From assembly GCA_028534125.1 (NCBI GenBank), contig CM052832.1, forward strand, positions 19,656,001-19,720,000: DNA of 64,000 nt, read 5' to 3'. Below the pieces are notes generated by a model. That model was not told the origin of the DNA. It ran no database searches and worked only from the letters and a program-made list of their open reading frames with translations. This DNA comes from Lama glama. Its lineage: Eukaryota. The position numbers and the translations under genes were made by a program. Shown here piece by piece: positions 39,611 through 53,106 of the stretch. Positions within the stretch are counted from its first letter, which is position 1. Every line of letters begins with the position of its first letter.

Positions 39611-39719
39611 CATAAAAAATTGCTTATTTTCCTGAACTTCCATAACTTTGTACTTTGTTGAAGAAGTAAGGCTACTACTATTCCTTGGATGAGGAGAAAG
39701 TTAATTTCAAAAGGGAAGA

Positions 39720-40300
39720 TAGACAGATTTAAAAATGAAAACTTTTATAAATCAAATAACAGAGAAGCAGAAGGCAAATAAAAATCTTGGAAACTATTTA
39801 CAATGAATTAATATAAAAGGGTTTATAGCAATAATATGTAAAGATCTTTTACAATTGTTAAGCAAATACTAAAAATATCACTAAAAGTTTAACAAAAGAT
39901 ATAAACAAAAATCCACTGACAAATATCAATCTATAAAATAAAACTTATCAACTAATTAATACAGCTACATAATACAGCTTTTTGCTTATGAGAACAATAT
40001 AGATATTTTTGATAAAAGGTTGCACTCAATATTGACAAAGATGAGGTAAAGTAAGTATCTCTGGGTGAGTCTGAATTCCTATAACAGTTAAAAAAATATT
40101 TTCAGTATCTACTGAAAGTATAAAATTTTCATATCCAGCAATTATGCTGTTTTCCTCTGTAGCCTAAGGAATTAATCATGAACATGATCAGATTTACACA
40201 CAAACATGTTTAATGATTACAGGAAACCTTAGTGTTTAACAATAGAGGAAGTGTCCATCAATTCCTTAAAAAGTCAGACAGTCATTAATAATGCATTTGT
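39720..40300 (+). mobile_element. Old L1ME ORF2 C-terminal fragment
   Basis: A-rich; 'aaagggtttatagcaataatatgtaaagatcttttacaatt...gacaaagatgagg...tatccagcaatt'. Confidence 0.6.
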
Positions 40301-40354
40301 GTGTACTTGTGTATGTTTATACACAGAGAAAGTAAGGAATAAACTATACGTGGC

Positions 40355-41000
40355 TGATGCAACCTCATTTCCGTAGCTGACCATGAGGCCTTAGAATATG
40401 CTGATAGATTCTTCTTTCAGTACCCATTTTATATCTCCTTCACCTTAGAGCAAGCCTTAGCTAATTGGTATTCTTTACTTAGATGGGTGACCGAGACTTT
40501 ATTTATGGAGGGTCTGAATTCTCAGGTGTGTGTTTGTTCATTTTTTGAAAAGGAGTTGTAATATTCCATTTACTTTTACTCTTGGACATGGAGATACTAA
40601 CAGATACCCTAGAGAAGATGTTGGCCTCCATGTATAGTTTTCTTGCCCAATTTCCTTGATGATTAAGGTCAATCATCCTAACCAGTAATATAATCCCCTT
40701 TTGCCTGTGGGTTCAATGGAATGTGGAACCCAAATGACCAGGTAGCAGCCTTAACTTTCAATTTGATAGAAGCCTCCTTGCTGTCCCACAAAGGGAGCAT
40801 CGCCCTGCTGTAAGAATAGACATCCAAAGCAGAAGAGTTCAAAATTCCACGGAGAGGAATCAAAAACTCTGTGAATGGGTTTTAGGTGTAAGGATGAGAA
40901 GAGACACTTCCATCCCTTGATCCTTGGGCCCATGAATTCCAGCAGTGGGAGAGACAGCACTCTCCTAATGGAGTATTTAAAGAGTAAATCAATCTATTTG
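40355..41000 (-). mobile_element. ERV-L/MaLR-class internal fossil: integrase C-terminus and dUTPase-like region (pseudogenised)
   Basis: Frameshifted minus-strand peptides AVSPTAGIHGPKDQGMEV, KLRLLPGHLG, IPLNPQAKG, GIILLVRMIDLNHQG and LGYLLVSPCPRVKVNGILQ match ERV-L SPTARIHG..NQGVE / WKLRLPPGHFG / GVTVLAGVIDPDYQGEI / LGRLLVLPCPVIKVNGKLQ. Confidence 0.85.
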
Positions 41001-43109
41001 GGGTATGTGAGCACATCTCTGCTCACGACACATGTGCCACCTGAAGCCTCTGTACATGGAGACGTGACCATCTCTGTGTGAAAAATAATTTGAAGGGTTT
41101 TGATAGGAAGTAGGAAAGAGGTTTTGATAGGAATACATCACTAAAGAGAAAGCCTTTATTTCTAACAAAGTGATTTTCCTATCCTCTTCTCTCTACACAG
41201 AATAGAAACCTCCATTCAGGTTAAACCCATGTCTACTGCCTTTACCTGGTTCAAGAAGTAATTGCTTGTAGCTATTCTAAATTCACCATTTCTCTCCCCT
41301 CTCTTTCAAATACTGAATACTCCCTTTTTCTAATGTGTGGACTACCATTCAGAGGTGCTAGAATTGGATTTAATGTCAGCAGACCTGATAACTTTTGTGT
41401 CATAAGTGAGCCCTGGGTGTCCATATAATCTCTGGGTTAAAGTACTACTTTTCCCTCTCAACTCCTCCTTCCTGTTTGTAAAATGACACTATATCCAAGA
41501 TGATGATCCTGCTTCTATTTCTACTCCACATAGAATTTACTTGATCTGGTACCTCAACTTTTCTCTGGTGGTTGAACTCAATTCAGAACCCAGTTCTGAT
41601 ACGGAGTAGCAATTTCCAGGTCTTCATCCAAATTATTGGATCCAATGCTTCATTTCTCTCTGGCTAGGGTACTGCGATTAGTGAACAGGTCTCTCCAAAC
41701 CTGTTCATCACCTGCTTAACTTCCAGCTGTGCTCATAATCTGGAATTTTCCAGTGCTGTCTGCATTGGCTAGATCTGGCTTTCTGAGATTTGTGTTTGCC
41801 TTACCATACTTGAGTTTAGCTCATCAACAAGACACTTTATACTAGAAATGTACCTTCTGCAACACATTTTGCTTCTCTGATCTGAGGTTTCTTCCAAAAT
41901 GAAAGCAAAACACAATTAACCGAAGAAATGACTTACTTGAGGTAAAACTTGTTTTGCACTAGATGGGCTTATTAAATAGTCCATTTTGTTTCAAAATTAA
42001 AGAAACCAAGTGTCATAATGTCTTTTTAAGTCTTAATTTTTAGCTCTTAAATTTGTACAGCCATTTTAGGTTCTCCTTTGCCCAAATATAGTTATGCCAT
42101 ATGACTTCACGTGTCTCTTTACAACACAACCTATGAAATATTTCCTGTGCTGTTACACAACCAGTGTTTTCCTATCATTTGTGAGATATAACATGGAGCT
42201 GCTGAAACTAATTATCTATTAGGTGATATCTCATTGCCTACTTGAAAAGTGCAAAAAGATTAACATGTTTAAATTAAACCAGGTCTACACAGAGAAGATT
42301 AATTCTTTAACTTGCCAACAAGAAGTCATCACATTATTAATGTAATAAACAAAGAAAATTGCTTCTGTAAGACAGGATGATAATGACTGATACTTTGCCA
42401 AAACATCAGAATATAGTAGAGGGTAGTGATGACAATATTCATAGCTGTTATCCAGATACAATTTTTTTAAGTTGGTCTCAATTATTATACCATTATCCAG
42501 CTATTAATTTACAAATTCTGGAAAGAGCTCATATTCAGATATCACTGATATATGTAAATGATGTCGAAAGACTAAGTCTGCATTGAGAGTACTCCAGACA
42601 CTTGTCATCACTTTCATCAGGATATAGTACAGGCTGTCAGTTGTCATGACCCAGAAGATGAGGTGCTTATAACCTTTTCCAGAGCTTAAATATTCATCAT
42701 GAGTTCATCCTTGTGATTGTACTTAGAGATATGAAAAGATGTTAGATACATCTCTAAAGAAAATGTTATGACAATCTGACAGCCATGAAAACAAATATGT
42801 CAGTAGCACAGGTGAGAGTAAAGGGGAAAAGACTAACATAGCTGTATTGGAGAAAAGGATAGTCAGACAAATTGCTCTTCTGTCAAACACACACACAAAA
42901 TTAAAGTCACTGTCTTATTTTAGTTCAAATTTACTTTTTCATTTAAATTATGGTTGGCTTTTTTACTAAAATTTTAGTGCAGACATTTTAGGAAAGTATA
43001 AAGAAGAAATTTAAAATTACCTCTATTGTCACATCTTTGAAGATGTTTCCTTTCTTCTGGCTTATAATGTGTTACAGATAAATAATTTTACTTTAGAAAG
43101 TAGTTTTAT

Positions 43110-43415
43110 AAAAGTGAAGCTAGACACAAAAGGACATAATAGATATTACATTTATTTGCAATGTCTATGTTAGATGAAGTCAAAGAGACAAAAAAGAGAT
43201 TAGTGATTTCTAGGAACTGTGGAGAAGGGAGAATAGGAAGTGAGTACTAATGGATATGAGGCTTATTTTGGGGGGTAATGAAACATTGTTATAATACATG
43301 CTGGTGATCATTGTACAACTCTATGAATATAATAAATTCCACTGATTGTACATTTTAACTAGGTGAATTTTAAGGTATGTGAATCATATCTCAGGACAGC
43401 TGTCATAAAAATAAA
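43110..43415 (+). mobile_element. L1MB-like 3' UTR
   Basis: 'agattagtgatttctagg...tactaatggatatgagg...ggtgatcattgtacaactctatgaatat...gtatgtgaatcatatctca'. Confidence 0.85.
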
Positions 43416-44264
43416 TATGAAGCAAAGTTATTTTCAAATAAATATAAACTAAAAGCATTTATAACAGTTAATAACAGGTAGTTATCAGATATAAGTAAGA
43501 AGATCCTTATGGAAGAAATAATAAAAAGCAATGAACAGAGTAAATATTAGCTTTTGTAAATCTAAACTATAAAAACAAAAATTTCTTTAGGTAAATCAAC
43601 TCTGTTAAATAATTTATTAAACAAGCACAATATTTTTGAGTTTAATCAAGAGGATGAAAAGGACAAATATACAAATCTAATTGGTATAAAACAATAGTAA
43701 AGTCTTTAGATAAATCACTATTATAAAATTATAGTATTTTGAGTTTTAGATAGAATTTATAAACTAGAAATCATAGTATATAAGTTGGGAGGGTTACATC
43801 TATAATTTCTAAAAACATGTGTTATAGGAAGAATGTGAAAGCACCAATCAACTTCATATTGTATTAAGTCCAGGAATATCAGAATTTTCAAAATTGACAC
43901 AAACTGACAGTGGGACATAGCAGTAAAGGTACTGAACTTCACAGATGAAGAATCCTATAAGGATCTAGGCAAATGTAAGTCATCCATAAAGAGTGAAAAA
44001 TCAGAATGGCTTCCTAATTTAATGCAGTTTTATTAAATTCCAGTATATTGACTTAATTTCTCCCCTCCTCCACCCCTTATTATTTTCCACAAGGACTGGA
44101 CTGTGATTAAATTTGAGAAGGAGTAATTCTATGCCCCAGAACTATTGGGATTGAGAATGAGAATATTTAAGTTAAATATCAGTTTAAATTTTGTTACCAT
44201 TGAATAACAACAACAAAATGTGTGGAAGGGCAAGTATTAATCTTGAGTAGTCAAAAGGGAGAGC

Positions 44265-45927
44265 TGTGCTGGTTCTTGAGCTTTTGTCTCTGTCCCACCA
44301 ATTCCACCCTTCTATGTTCTGTTTTTGATTCTGGAGCTGGTACTCACTGCAAACCACATTTCTCCATTGCCAGGTGGTTTCCCCTTAGGCGCTGCCAATA
44401 AGGGCTGCTAAGGTGAAACTACAGGATTGGAGGAGGGAGGGGACTTGATACTTTCCTTTTTCTTCCTTTGCCTGTCACTGTCATCACACTGATAGCTCTT
44501 TACCTTGGCAGTGGCAGTTCATTCAAATAGCAGCAGTTGATTTTGGGTTGCATTTTTTTCATCTACCAGAACCAGCCTCAGTGTGCCCCCTGAGAGATGC
44601 CAGTATGAGCTGGCTCCTTTCTTAGAAGTCTGGGTCCTAGCTCCATGAGCTCCATCTCCAGTTGGTTACCAGGCGGCACTTCTGCCTCAGGGCTGTAAGT
44701 CCTGGTTCCTCAGGGCTCCTCCATTCATTCCCTCAGCCCTAGGGGATGTGGCTTCATCCTATAGTAACTTCATCTGTGATTCCTCAGCAGGTTTTAGTAG
44801 TGGTAGAACAGTAGAAGCAGTAAGAGTACATTTTCTGTTCTCTGATGCCTGACTGAGAATTGTTTTTTCTTTTAACATTTTTTTATTGATTTATAATCAT
44901 TTTACAATGTTGTGTCAAATTCCAGTGTAAAGCACAATTTTTCAGTTATACATGAACATATATATATTCATTGTCACATTTTTTTCTCTGTGAGCTACTG
45001 TAAGATCTTGTGTATATTTCCCTGTGCTATACAGTATAATCTTGTTTATCTATTCTACAATTTTGAAATCCCATCTATACTTTCCCACCCTCTGCCCCCT
45101 TGGCAACCACAAGTTTATATTCTATGTCTGTGAGTCTATTTCTGTTTTGTATTTATGCTTTGTTTGTTTGTTTGTTTGTTTAGATTCCACATATAAGCGA
45201 TCCCATATGGTATTTTTCTTTCTCTTTCTGGCTTACTTCACTTAGAATGACATTCTCCTGGAGCATCCATGTTGCTGCAAATGGCGTTATGTTGTTGGTT
45301 TTTATGGCTGAGTAGTATTCCATTGTATAAATATACCACATCTTCTTTATCCAGTTATCTGTTGATAGACGTTTAGGCTGTTTCAATGTCTTGGAATATA
45401 TAAGCAGCTCATAAGACTTAATAAGAGAAAAACAAACAACCCAATCCAAAAATGGGCAAAAGACCTAAACAAACAATTCTCCAAGGAAGACATACAAATA
45501 ATCAATAGGCACATGAAAAAATGCTCAATATCACTAATTATCAGAGAAATGCAAATCAAAACTACAATGAGGTATCATCTTACACCAGTCAGAATGGCTA
45601 TCATTCAAAAATCCACAAATGGCAAATGCTGGAGAGGCTGTGGAGAAAAGGGAACCCTCCTACACTGCTGGTGGGAATGCAGTTTGGTGCAGCCACTATG
45701 GAAAACAGTATGGAGATTCCTCAAAAGACTAGGAATAGACTTACCGTATAACCCAGGAATCCCACTCCTGGGCTTATGTCCAGAAGGAACCCTACTTCAA
45801 AATGACACCTGCACCCCAATGTTCATAGCAGCACTATTTACAATAGCCGAGAATTGTTAATATTAAATTCTCTTTGTTAAAATAATTGCACTGGTTTGTA
45901 TCTTCAGGCAAGACCCCGACTAATAGA
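44265..45927 (+). mobile_element. ERV-L LTR (LTR33-like) split by a younger L1
   Basis: 5' part 'tgtgctgg...ccacccttctatgttctg...caaaccacatttctcc...ctgccaata'; 3' end 'tattaaattctctttgttaaaata...gaccccgactaataga' resumes after the L1. Confidence 0.7.
44865..45848 (-). mobile_element. Young L1 with 5' inversion (twin priming) and 10-bp TSD
   Basis: Minus-strand 3' UTR/poly-A and ORF2 end at 44865-45394; plus-strand ORF2 segment at 45395-45848 ([29 protein letters not shown]...[14 protein letters not shown]...[11 protein letters not shown]); TSD GAGAATTGTT at 44855-44864 and 45849-45858. Confidence 0.96.
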
Positions 45928-47273
45928 GAAATCCATCCAGATACTTAATTGCCTAAATATAAGAAGCTAGTTTCCTGAGTGTGTTTCAAGGAACCACCCC
46001 TTCTAGTTGCTTGGATTTTACATGCAAATCACTCCAAAGCCTATAATCACAGATTCTCCAATCAGTTTCCACAGAGAGGTGCCTCATTTAATCATGTCAT
46101 TGTCTCCTGTTGTAAAAGTCAGAGCTAATGTGCCACGTCTTATGTACTTAGATAATTTCTCAACACCAAAATAAATTTGATTAACCAAATGCCCTTTCCC
46201 CGATTATGGTAGATAACCGAGATCTATAATAAGTTCCTGAAATCACTTGCACTGAAAGCAATGCTTATTCCCATGGTTTGCTTTTGGACCAAATAGCTAT
46301 TATAGCAAATAAATAGATGGTTTTTGTGGCTAATAATAATTAATTATTTCTTCTTGTTTTTAAGTGCTTATGAAGGCAGTCATAGACTTTGGAGAACCTC
46401 AGGAAAATATTTAGTGTTTACATTTTAAAAAGTAAGATTCCTAAATTACTCTTTTTATTATATCAATACAAAATGGGGGCAAATGTAACTGTGAAAAGAA
46501 CATTTTTGCATGATATTGGCTTCCATTGCCTTCTATAAACTGTTGCTTATACTAGCAATTTTAAAATACAAAATAGTTTAGCAGAACAGATTTGAGATTG
46601 TTACATGTGTCTTTTGAAGAAATTTATTATGTTCTGCTTATAATAATTTGGTCAAAGTTTGAGGATTTGAGTTAAAAATCCTCAAAATTTCACATTTGTT
46701 GTGGTATCATATAGCATAGATGGAAAATTCCCTAAACTTTTTATCATTGACACAAATTGTGTGGAACTAATCCTAGATATTTTCAAAAGAAGGGATGGTT
46801 ATATTTCAGTCTCCAGTTCATTTTCAGTTAATTCTCAGCAAAGTGGGACAAATTAACTCTAATTTAATGTATACAGTCCAAATGTAGTAAACATAGATTT
46901 GGGGGAAATGGAACTTGCTGCATTGGGCTACCCAATCCCCTGGGAGTGGCACTGGCATAGGTTTCTGCACTCAGTCTTCTTTTACGTCTTTCTAGTTTCC
47001 ATTGTTGAGAAGGCACTGAAGAATTCCACTTTGTGGCTTGCTAGAAACATGGTAAACATCTACAGATTTTTAAATATAGCAACAGGCTCACTGTGTGCTC
47101 TCTTTTTTACCTGAAACAGGAAATGCTACCTGCTGGAGTTGAATCATTTATGAAATATAAGAAATGCAGCAGTCTTTCTACATACTTAACTTACAGGAAG
47201 TACATGGAATTTAATTTCATTTATGATGATCTTAGAAAAAAAGCAGTCATAAAGTTAAAATATATGCTTACAG

Positions 47274-47664
47274 TCAAACAGAGAAAGACAAATATTATGT
47301 CACTTATATGTGGAATCTAAAAAAATGATACAAATGAACTTATTTACAAAACAGAAACAGACTCACAGACATAGAAAACAAACTTATGGTTACCAAAGGG
47401 GAAAGAGGGGGAGAGATAAATTAGGACTTTAGGATTAACATATATATACTACTATATATAAAATACATAAGCAACAAGGATTTACTGTACAGCATAAGAA
47501 ACTATATTCAATATCTTATAATATCCTATAATGGAAAATAATCTGAAAAAATATATATACGCACACACATATATATGTATAAGTGAATCACTTTGCTGTA
47601 CAACTGAAACTAACACAGTATTGTAAATCAACTATACTTCAATTTAAAAAAGAACAATAGTATA
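47274..47664 (+). mobile_element. 5'-truncated artiodactyl-type L1 3' end with TSD
   Basis: 'tcacttatatgtggaatctaaaaaaatgatacaaatgaacttatttacaaaacagaaacagactcacagac...tgtaaatcaactatacttcaattt'; TSD ATATGCTTACAG at 47262-47273 and 47665-47676. Confidence 0.93.
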
Positions 47665-47924
47665 ATATGCTTACAGAATATATTGTATATGCTTACAAAA
47701 GCAGAAGGAATTTGACCTTTAAACAAACTTATCCTTTAAGATAGACTCATATCTATAAAAATTTAAATGCATATTTTTAATTACTGTGCAGTAATTAAAC
47801 AGAATTTGTATAAATTTTTCTCCCCTGTTTATCTACTAATCTATACTGCAGAATAGGAGAACACTGATTTGATTTATTTAACTTTATACTTGCTTGTATT
47901 GTAAGAGTAGTAAAAACTCAAAGT

Positions 47925-48050
47925 ATAATAGTATGTGTATGTGTTTGTGTGTTTTGTGTGTCTATGTATATGGTGAGTGCATGTGTGTGTATATATATGT
48001 ATTTGTGTGTGTATATATGTGGTACATATATATTTGTATGTATATATACA
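47925..48050. repeat. Degenerate (TG)/(TA) low-complexity repeat
   Basis: Alternating TG/TA dinucleotides. Confidence 0.85.
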
Positions 48051-48059
48051 GATTTTCTA

Positions 48060-48900
48060 CAAGGAAATGTATTTGCCCAATATTCCAGTGTATCAATATT
48101 TAATCTCTTTCTCCTATTAAAATACTATATTAAATATTTTTTGCAACTTGTAATATTATCTCTGAGGATAAATCTCAGAATTGGAATGGCTAGGTCATAA
48201 TTTTAGATTATGATGGATTGCCACAGCATCCATAACATTATATACTGATGTCCTTATTGATGCATTCTCTATGTCGGTTCATCAGCTTGCTGTATGTCTA
48301 CCATGTATAAAGTATTGGAATTTAAGGAAATTAGAAAGCCTTTCTCAAGAAAGTCATTCATCTTTTACCTTTGTTAGTGATGTTTTTCACCATAAGATTT
48401 CCATTTCATAAAATATTTTATGACTTTCAAGTCATGCTTTAAAACACCTTTTTGATTCTTTTTATTCAGAATTCTTTATTTCAAAATATCTCCCAAGATT
48501 CCTTCTGAAATTTGAATGATTTTTATTCTTAGAAGTAGAGTTTGATCCATTTGGATTGATTTTGTATAAAACATTAACAAAGAAATCCCACTTAATTTTT
48601 CTTTTAAATGACTGGACGGTCATTTCCAAAGTACACATTTAAATAATATATTTTTTCCCAATGATTTGCGATGCCACCTTTATTGTATATAACTGGATCC
48701 CCCATGTTGTTGGGTCTGGATTCTCTCGTTTCATTCATCTCTTTACCTATTTCCCTGTCTGTTTTAGGCTGTTCAAAGTACTGTAACTTTACAAAATATT
48801 TTAATGTTTTTCTAGGCTTGTCCTTCCTTGTTATTCTCCATTTTCAAGATATTCCTCTGTCTATACTTCCAAGCTTATTTTCCGATGAAAATATCTTTTC
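48060..48900 (-). mobile_element. L1ME-like fragments
   Basis: 'ggataaatctcagaattggaatggctaggtca' and 'tttgatccatttggattgattttgtata...gatgccacctttattgtata'. Confidence 0.6.
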
Positions 48901-48999
48901 CCCCTCTGATACTAAGTAGTTTAAATAACACCAGAACTACATGCTATTTGAAAGTTGAAAATTATCAGCTTTGGAGTCATCTAGCACTTAGTGCTATTC

Positions 49000-51900
49000 T
49001 TGGATGAAGCTCTTTAGAGTACTTGATTTTGTGTGTGTTTGTTTTAAAGTAAATTTGGTAATTTACTCTTAGACATATCCTATTCATCTAGATTTTCAAA
49101 GAGAAGTGCACAGAGTTGAGGAAAAATTCTCATAATTTTTCATATTGCTTTAGACTTTATTCTCTCTTGCTTTTTCTAACCCCTTTAAGTTGAGGGCATT
49201 TCAAAGACTCTTTTTAGTTTATCAAAACAATTATTTTCTAAACATTATTTTCTAAAAAATATATTTTTCTACTCTGCTTCATGCTATTGTTCTTTTCCCA
49301 ACTTCTTGAGTTCAATGTAGAATTCACTTTTTAAAAATTTTTTAAAAAATAAAATAAAAAAATAAAAAATTTTAGAATATTTTAGTAATTTTCCACATGC
49401 ACTTGAAGTGATATGGAGTTGTTACTGTGAGTATAGTTCTATAAATGTCTATGAGGCAAATTTGTTGGATAGTATTGTTTGGATCTCTATTCTCGTACTG
49501 ATTTTCTGCTTATTTTTTCTATCAATTATGCAGAGAGGTCTGTTGAAGTCTCGAATTATAACTGTGGATTTGTCTGTTTCTTCAGTCAGTTCTGTCAGTT
49601 TTTGTTTCAATACTTTGAAGAGCTATTGTCAAACACATTTGCTGTGAAGGTTGTTGTATCTTCATAATGAAATAATCCTGCAGTCATTATAAAATGTCTT
49701 TATTTCTGGTAATAGTTTTACCTCTGAAGTATTCTTTGTCTGATGTTAGTATTGTCGCTTCAGCTTCATATGATTAGTGTTTGCAGAGTATAACTTTTCT
49801 CATAATTTTACTTTTAATCTATCTGTCTTTATATTTAAAATGTTTTATTGTAGACAGACTTTTTTCTTTAAATCAATCTAACATGATAAAAACCAACCTC
49901 CCTTTGTACTGGAATGTTCAAACATTTATAGTTAATTTTATTAACAATATGGTTGCTATTATGTCTGTATCTTTGCTATTTATTTTCTGATTTCTGTTCT
50001 TTGTTACTTGTTTTCAGTCTTCAAATTTTCTCTTAACTGTGTTTCAGCATTCCATTCTATCACCACTGTCAGCTTATTTTTACATGAATATTTTTATTAT
50101 TTTTAAGCTACCATTATTAGTGGTAGCTCTAGCTTTTACAAAATATATCTCTAACTTCTCATGGTTTACTTACAAGTAATAAAATGCCACTTCTCATATA
50201 ATGTATGAACTTTACAAAATTATAGTTCCATTCCTCCTCATCCTTTGTCTTTTGTCATACATTTTACTTTTACATATGTATATAATCCTCTTCACAGTTG
50301 TTACTAGTTTTGGTTTAGACACTTGGCTTTATTATAGAGAAATTAAAATAGGAAAAAAGTATTTTATATTTATCTTTTACCATTTCTGGAACTCTTCATT
50401 TCTGATCCAAGCTACTGTCTGATATCATACTTCTGCTTCAAGAACTTTAACACTTGTCATTCAAGTATTCTGACAGTAAATTCTCTCAGCTCTTAAATTT
50501 TTATTTTTCTGAAAAATTGTTACTTTCCTTTCATTTTTGAAAGATATTTTTGCTGAATATCAAATTCTATATTTACAGGTTTTTCCAGCCCTTCTTTCAG
50601 CACTTTACACAGGCCATTCTGCTGCCTTCTGGTTTGTGTATTATAGATATAGGGTCTGTAGGTATTTTTATTTTTGATCCTTTGTATAAATATCCATTCC
50701 CCATTACTTCACCTAGATTCTTTCAAGCTTTTCTCTTTATTCTGGTTTTCAGAACCTTTGTCATGATTTGCCTTAACATGATTTTATTATGATTTATTTA
50801 TTGAGCTTTAGATCTATCAATTTATAATGTTTATCACATTTCCAAAAATTTCAGCCATTAATTTCTGAAATATTGTTTCTTTCTACCTGTCTCTCTTTTC
50901 CTCCCAGGACTCCAATTATACCTTTATTAGACTGCTTGATTTGTCCCACAGATCACTTTATTTTTCATGATTCATTTTAGATAGTTTCTATGGTTATATC
51001 ATTATGTATTTTTATCTTCTGTCATGTCTATTCTATTAATATCATCAGTGAATTTTCACTTCAATGTATTTTTTCAATTGTAGAAGTTCCATTTAATATT
51101 CATTCATAGTTTCCATTTCTCTTCTCTTTAAGATGATGTTTTCTTTTAAAATCAGGAGAACATTTATAATAGTTTTTCCAGTGTCCTTTTCTGCTAATTT
51201 CATCATCTCTGTCATTTTCTGCTTCTGTTTCTATTGACTTGTATGCCTTCTGCTTATGGATTGAATTTCCTGTTTATTTTATTCCTGGGAATTACTTTTG
51301 ATGATGGAATTGAGAATTTTACTTATTTGATTGATGGAATTTGATGTATGTTATAGATTGAATTGTGGGCCTTCTCCTCAAAATTCACATGTTGAAGTCC
51401 TAACCCCCACTACCTAAGAATGTGACCTTATTTGGAAATAGGGTATTTATGTATATAAATATATGACTTAAGATGAGATCATACAGGAGTACAATGAACA
51501 CTTAATTCAGTATGACCCTTGTCCTTATAAAAGTGGGGAAATTCAGTTATGGCTTACATACAGGAAGGATATTATGTGGACATGAAGATGACCATCTACA
51601 AGCCTAAGAAAGAGTCCTAGAACAGAGTCTTCCCTCACAGCCCTCAGAAGGAATCAAGCCTGCTGACAGCTTGATCTAGGACTTTCAATTCCAGAACTGT
51701 GAGATAATACATTTCTGTTGCTTAAGCCATCCACAATTAATTTGGTACTTTGTTACCACAGTCCTAGCAAGCCAATGCAATATGTTCTCTTAAAGATCCT
51801 TGGACTTTGTTCTGGAAGTCCGTTAAGTTATTTGAGAATATGTTTGACAATTTTCAGGAGTGTTTTTAATCTTGGTTAGGGAGGGTTTGGAATAACCTTT

Positions 51901-52050
51901 ACTCTAGGGTTAGCTGAGCCCCATTACCAAGGCATGACTTCTTAGTTGATTCTACTGAGTGCTCTGGGTTTTAAAGAAGACTCTCCAGTTGCAAATTCTG
52001 TCTGCTTCAGCCTTCCTAGACTCTTACGTTTGTTTTATCGTTCAGTGAAG
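49000..52050 (-). mobile_element. Old L1M, ORF2 endonuclease region through ORF1 (interrupted by MLT1)
   Basis: 'gttctataaatgtctat...gagaggtctgttgaagtctcgaattataactgtggatttgtctgtttc' is the antisense L1 EN region; 'tcatttttgaaagatatttttgctgaata' is the ORF1 region. Confidence 0.85.
51349..51779 (+). mobile_element. MaLR solo LTR (MLT1B-like), near full length
   Basis: TG...CA ends; 'tgttatagattgaattgt...aaattcacatgttgaagtcctaacccc...aatgtgaccttatttggaaataggg...ccagaactgtgagataatacatttctgttg'. Confidence 0.92.
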
Positions 52051-52859
52051 AGTTTTAAAGTATCAGAGACAGTTGATATTTAGAATTAAAGCTCTTATTG
52101 ACCATGAACTAACTATAATTTATACTTATTACTGTCTTAGCACTTAAAACCAAAAGTAATTTTAGGCCATATCATTAAATGTAAAATGTATAGATTTAGG
52201 TAGTTAATAATATTGTACTCTTCAAGTTTGTATCTTTTCTGAATATTTTTTCCTCATTAAGCATGTTTTGAGAAAGATATTAGTCAACCGGTAAACTGGT
52301 AAGTAGAATGGCTGCAATATCACTAAGCTGAAGCTGTCCATAAGACATTAAATTTTAAGAATACTGAAAAGAAAATTACTTAATTAGAAAGTATGAATTA
52401 ATGCAAGTAAATAAAATAGTGTATAAAAAAGGAAATGTTTTTCAAAGTGCAAGAATATGTTGTTAAAGGCATGGATTTAGAGATCAATCCATTTAGCTAT
52501 ATAGTACTGACTTGTCTCAGACAAACATAACCTCACATAAATGAGTAAAAGTTAATAACAACATGACAAAACTTTAATCCTTTATTAAAGAATAAGTGTT
52601 TTTAATCCTCAATTATTTGCTTTTTTGCTGTTTATTTTGTTTTGTGCTTAAAATTCATCTTGAATACTTGTGAATTTGTGATAGTAAGTGATGTGGGACT
52701 ATGCTATCTAAAGAGGCCTTGTAAATTCCTTTTCTGATAGTTTTATGAAGTTAGTAGAACTGTTATTGATGGTTCAAACATTTTGTCTTTATTTCTTCCT
52801 CCACATGAACATTCTTCATTATTCTTAAGCTGTTACAAATGATTTTGTAGATTAGTTTT

Positions 52860-53064
52860 AAAATCAGTGTTCTTAGTTGAAAACAGAAGAATTGCTCAGG
52901 CTAATATAAGTAGAGCTGTTTCTTATTGGAGTAGATTCAGAAGTTCCTAAAATCATTGCCAATGAAGGAGGGAGTGCAGAAGAAATTGATTTATGATTAG
53001 TGGTCCAGAAAAAAAAATGCCCCAAATCTGAAGAAAACAGCCACTATTGCTGCTGCCACCAATT

Positions 53065-53106
<42 letters not shown>

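Noticed and set aside
41096..41133. 14-bp direct repeat GGTTTTGATAGGAA x2
   Set aside because: A simple local duplication with only two copies; not an array.
45513..45860. 115-aa ORF with clear protein homology
   Set aside because: It is an L1 ORF2 C-terminal fragment inside a truncated, inverted element, not a host gene.
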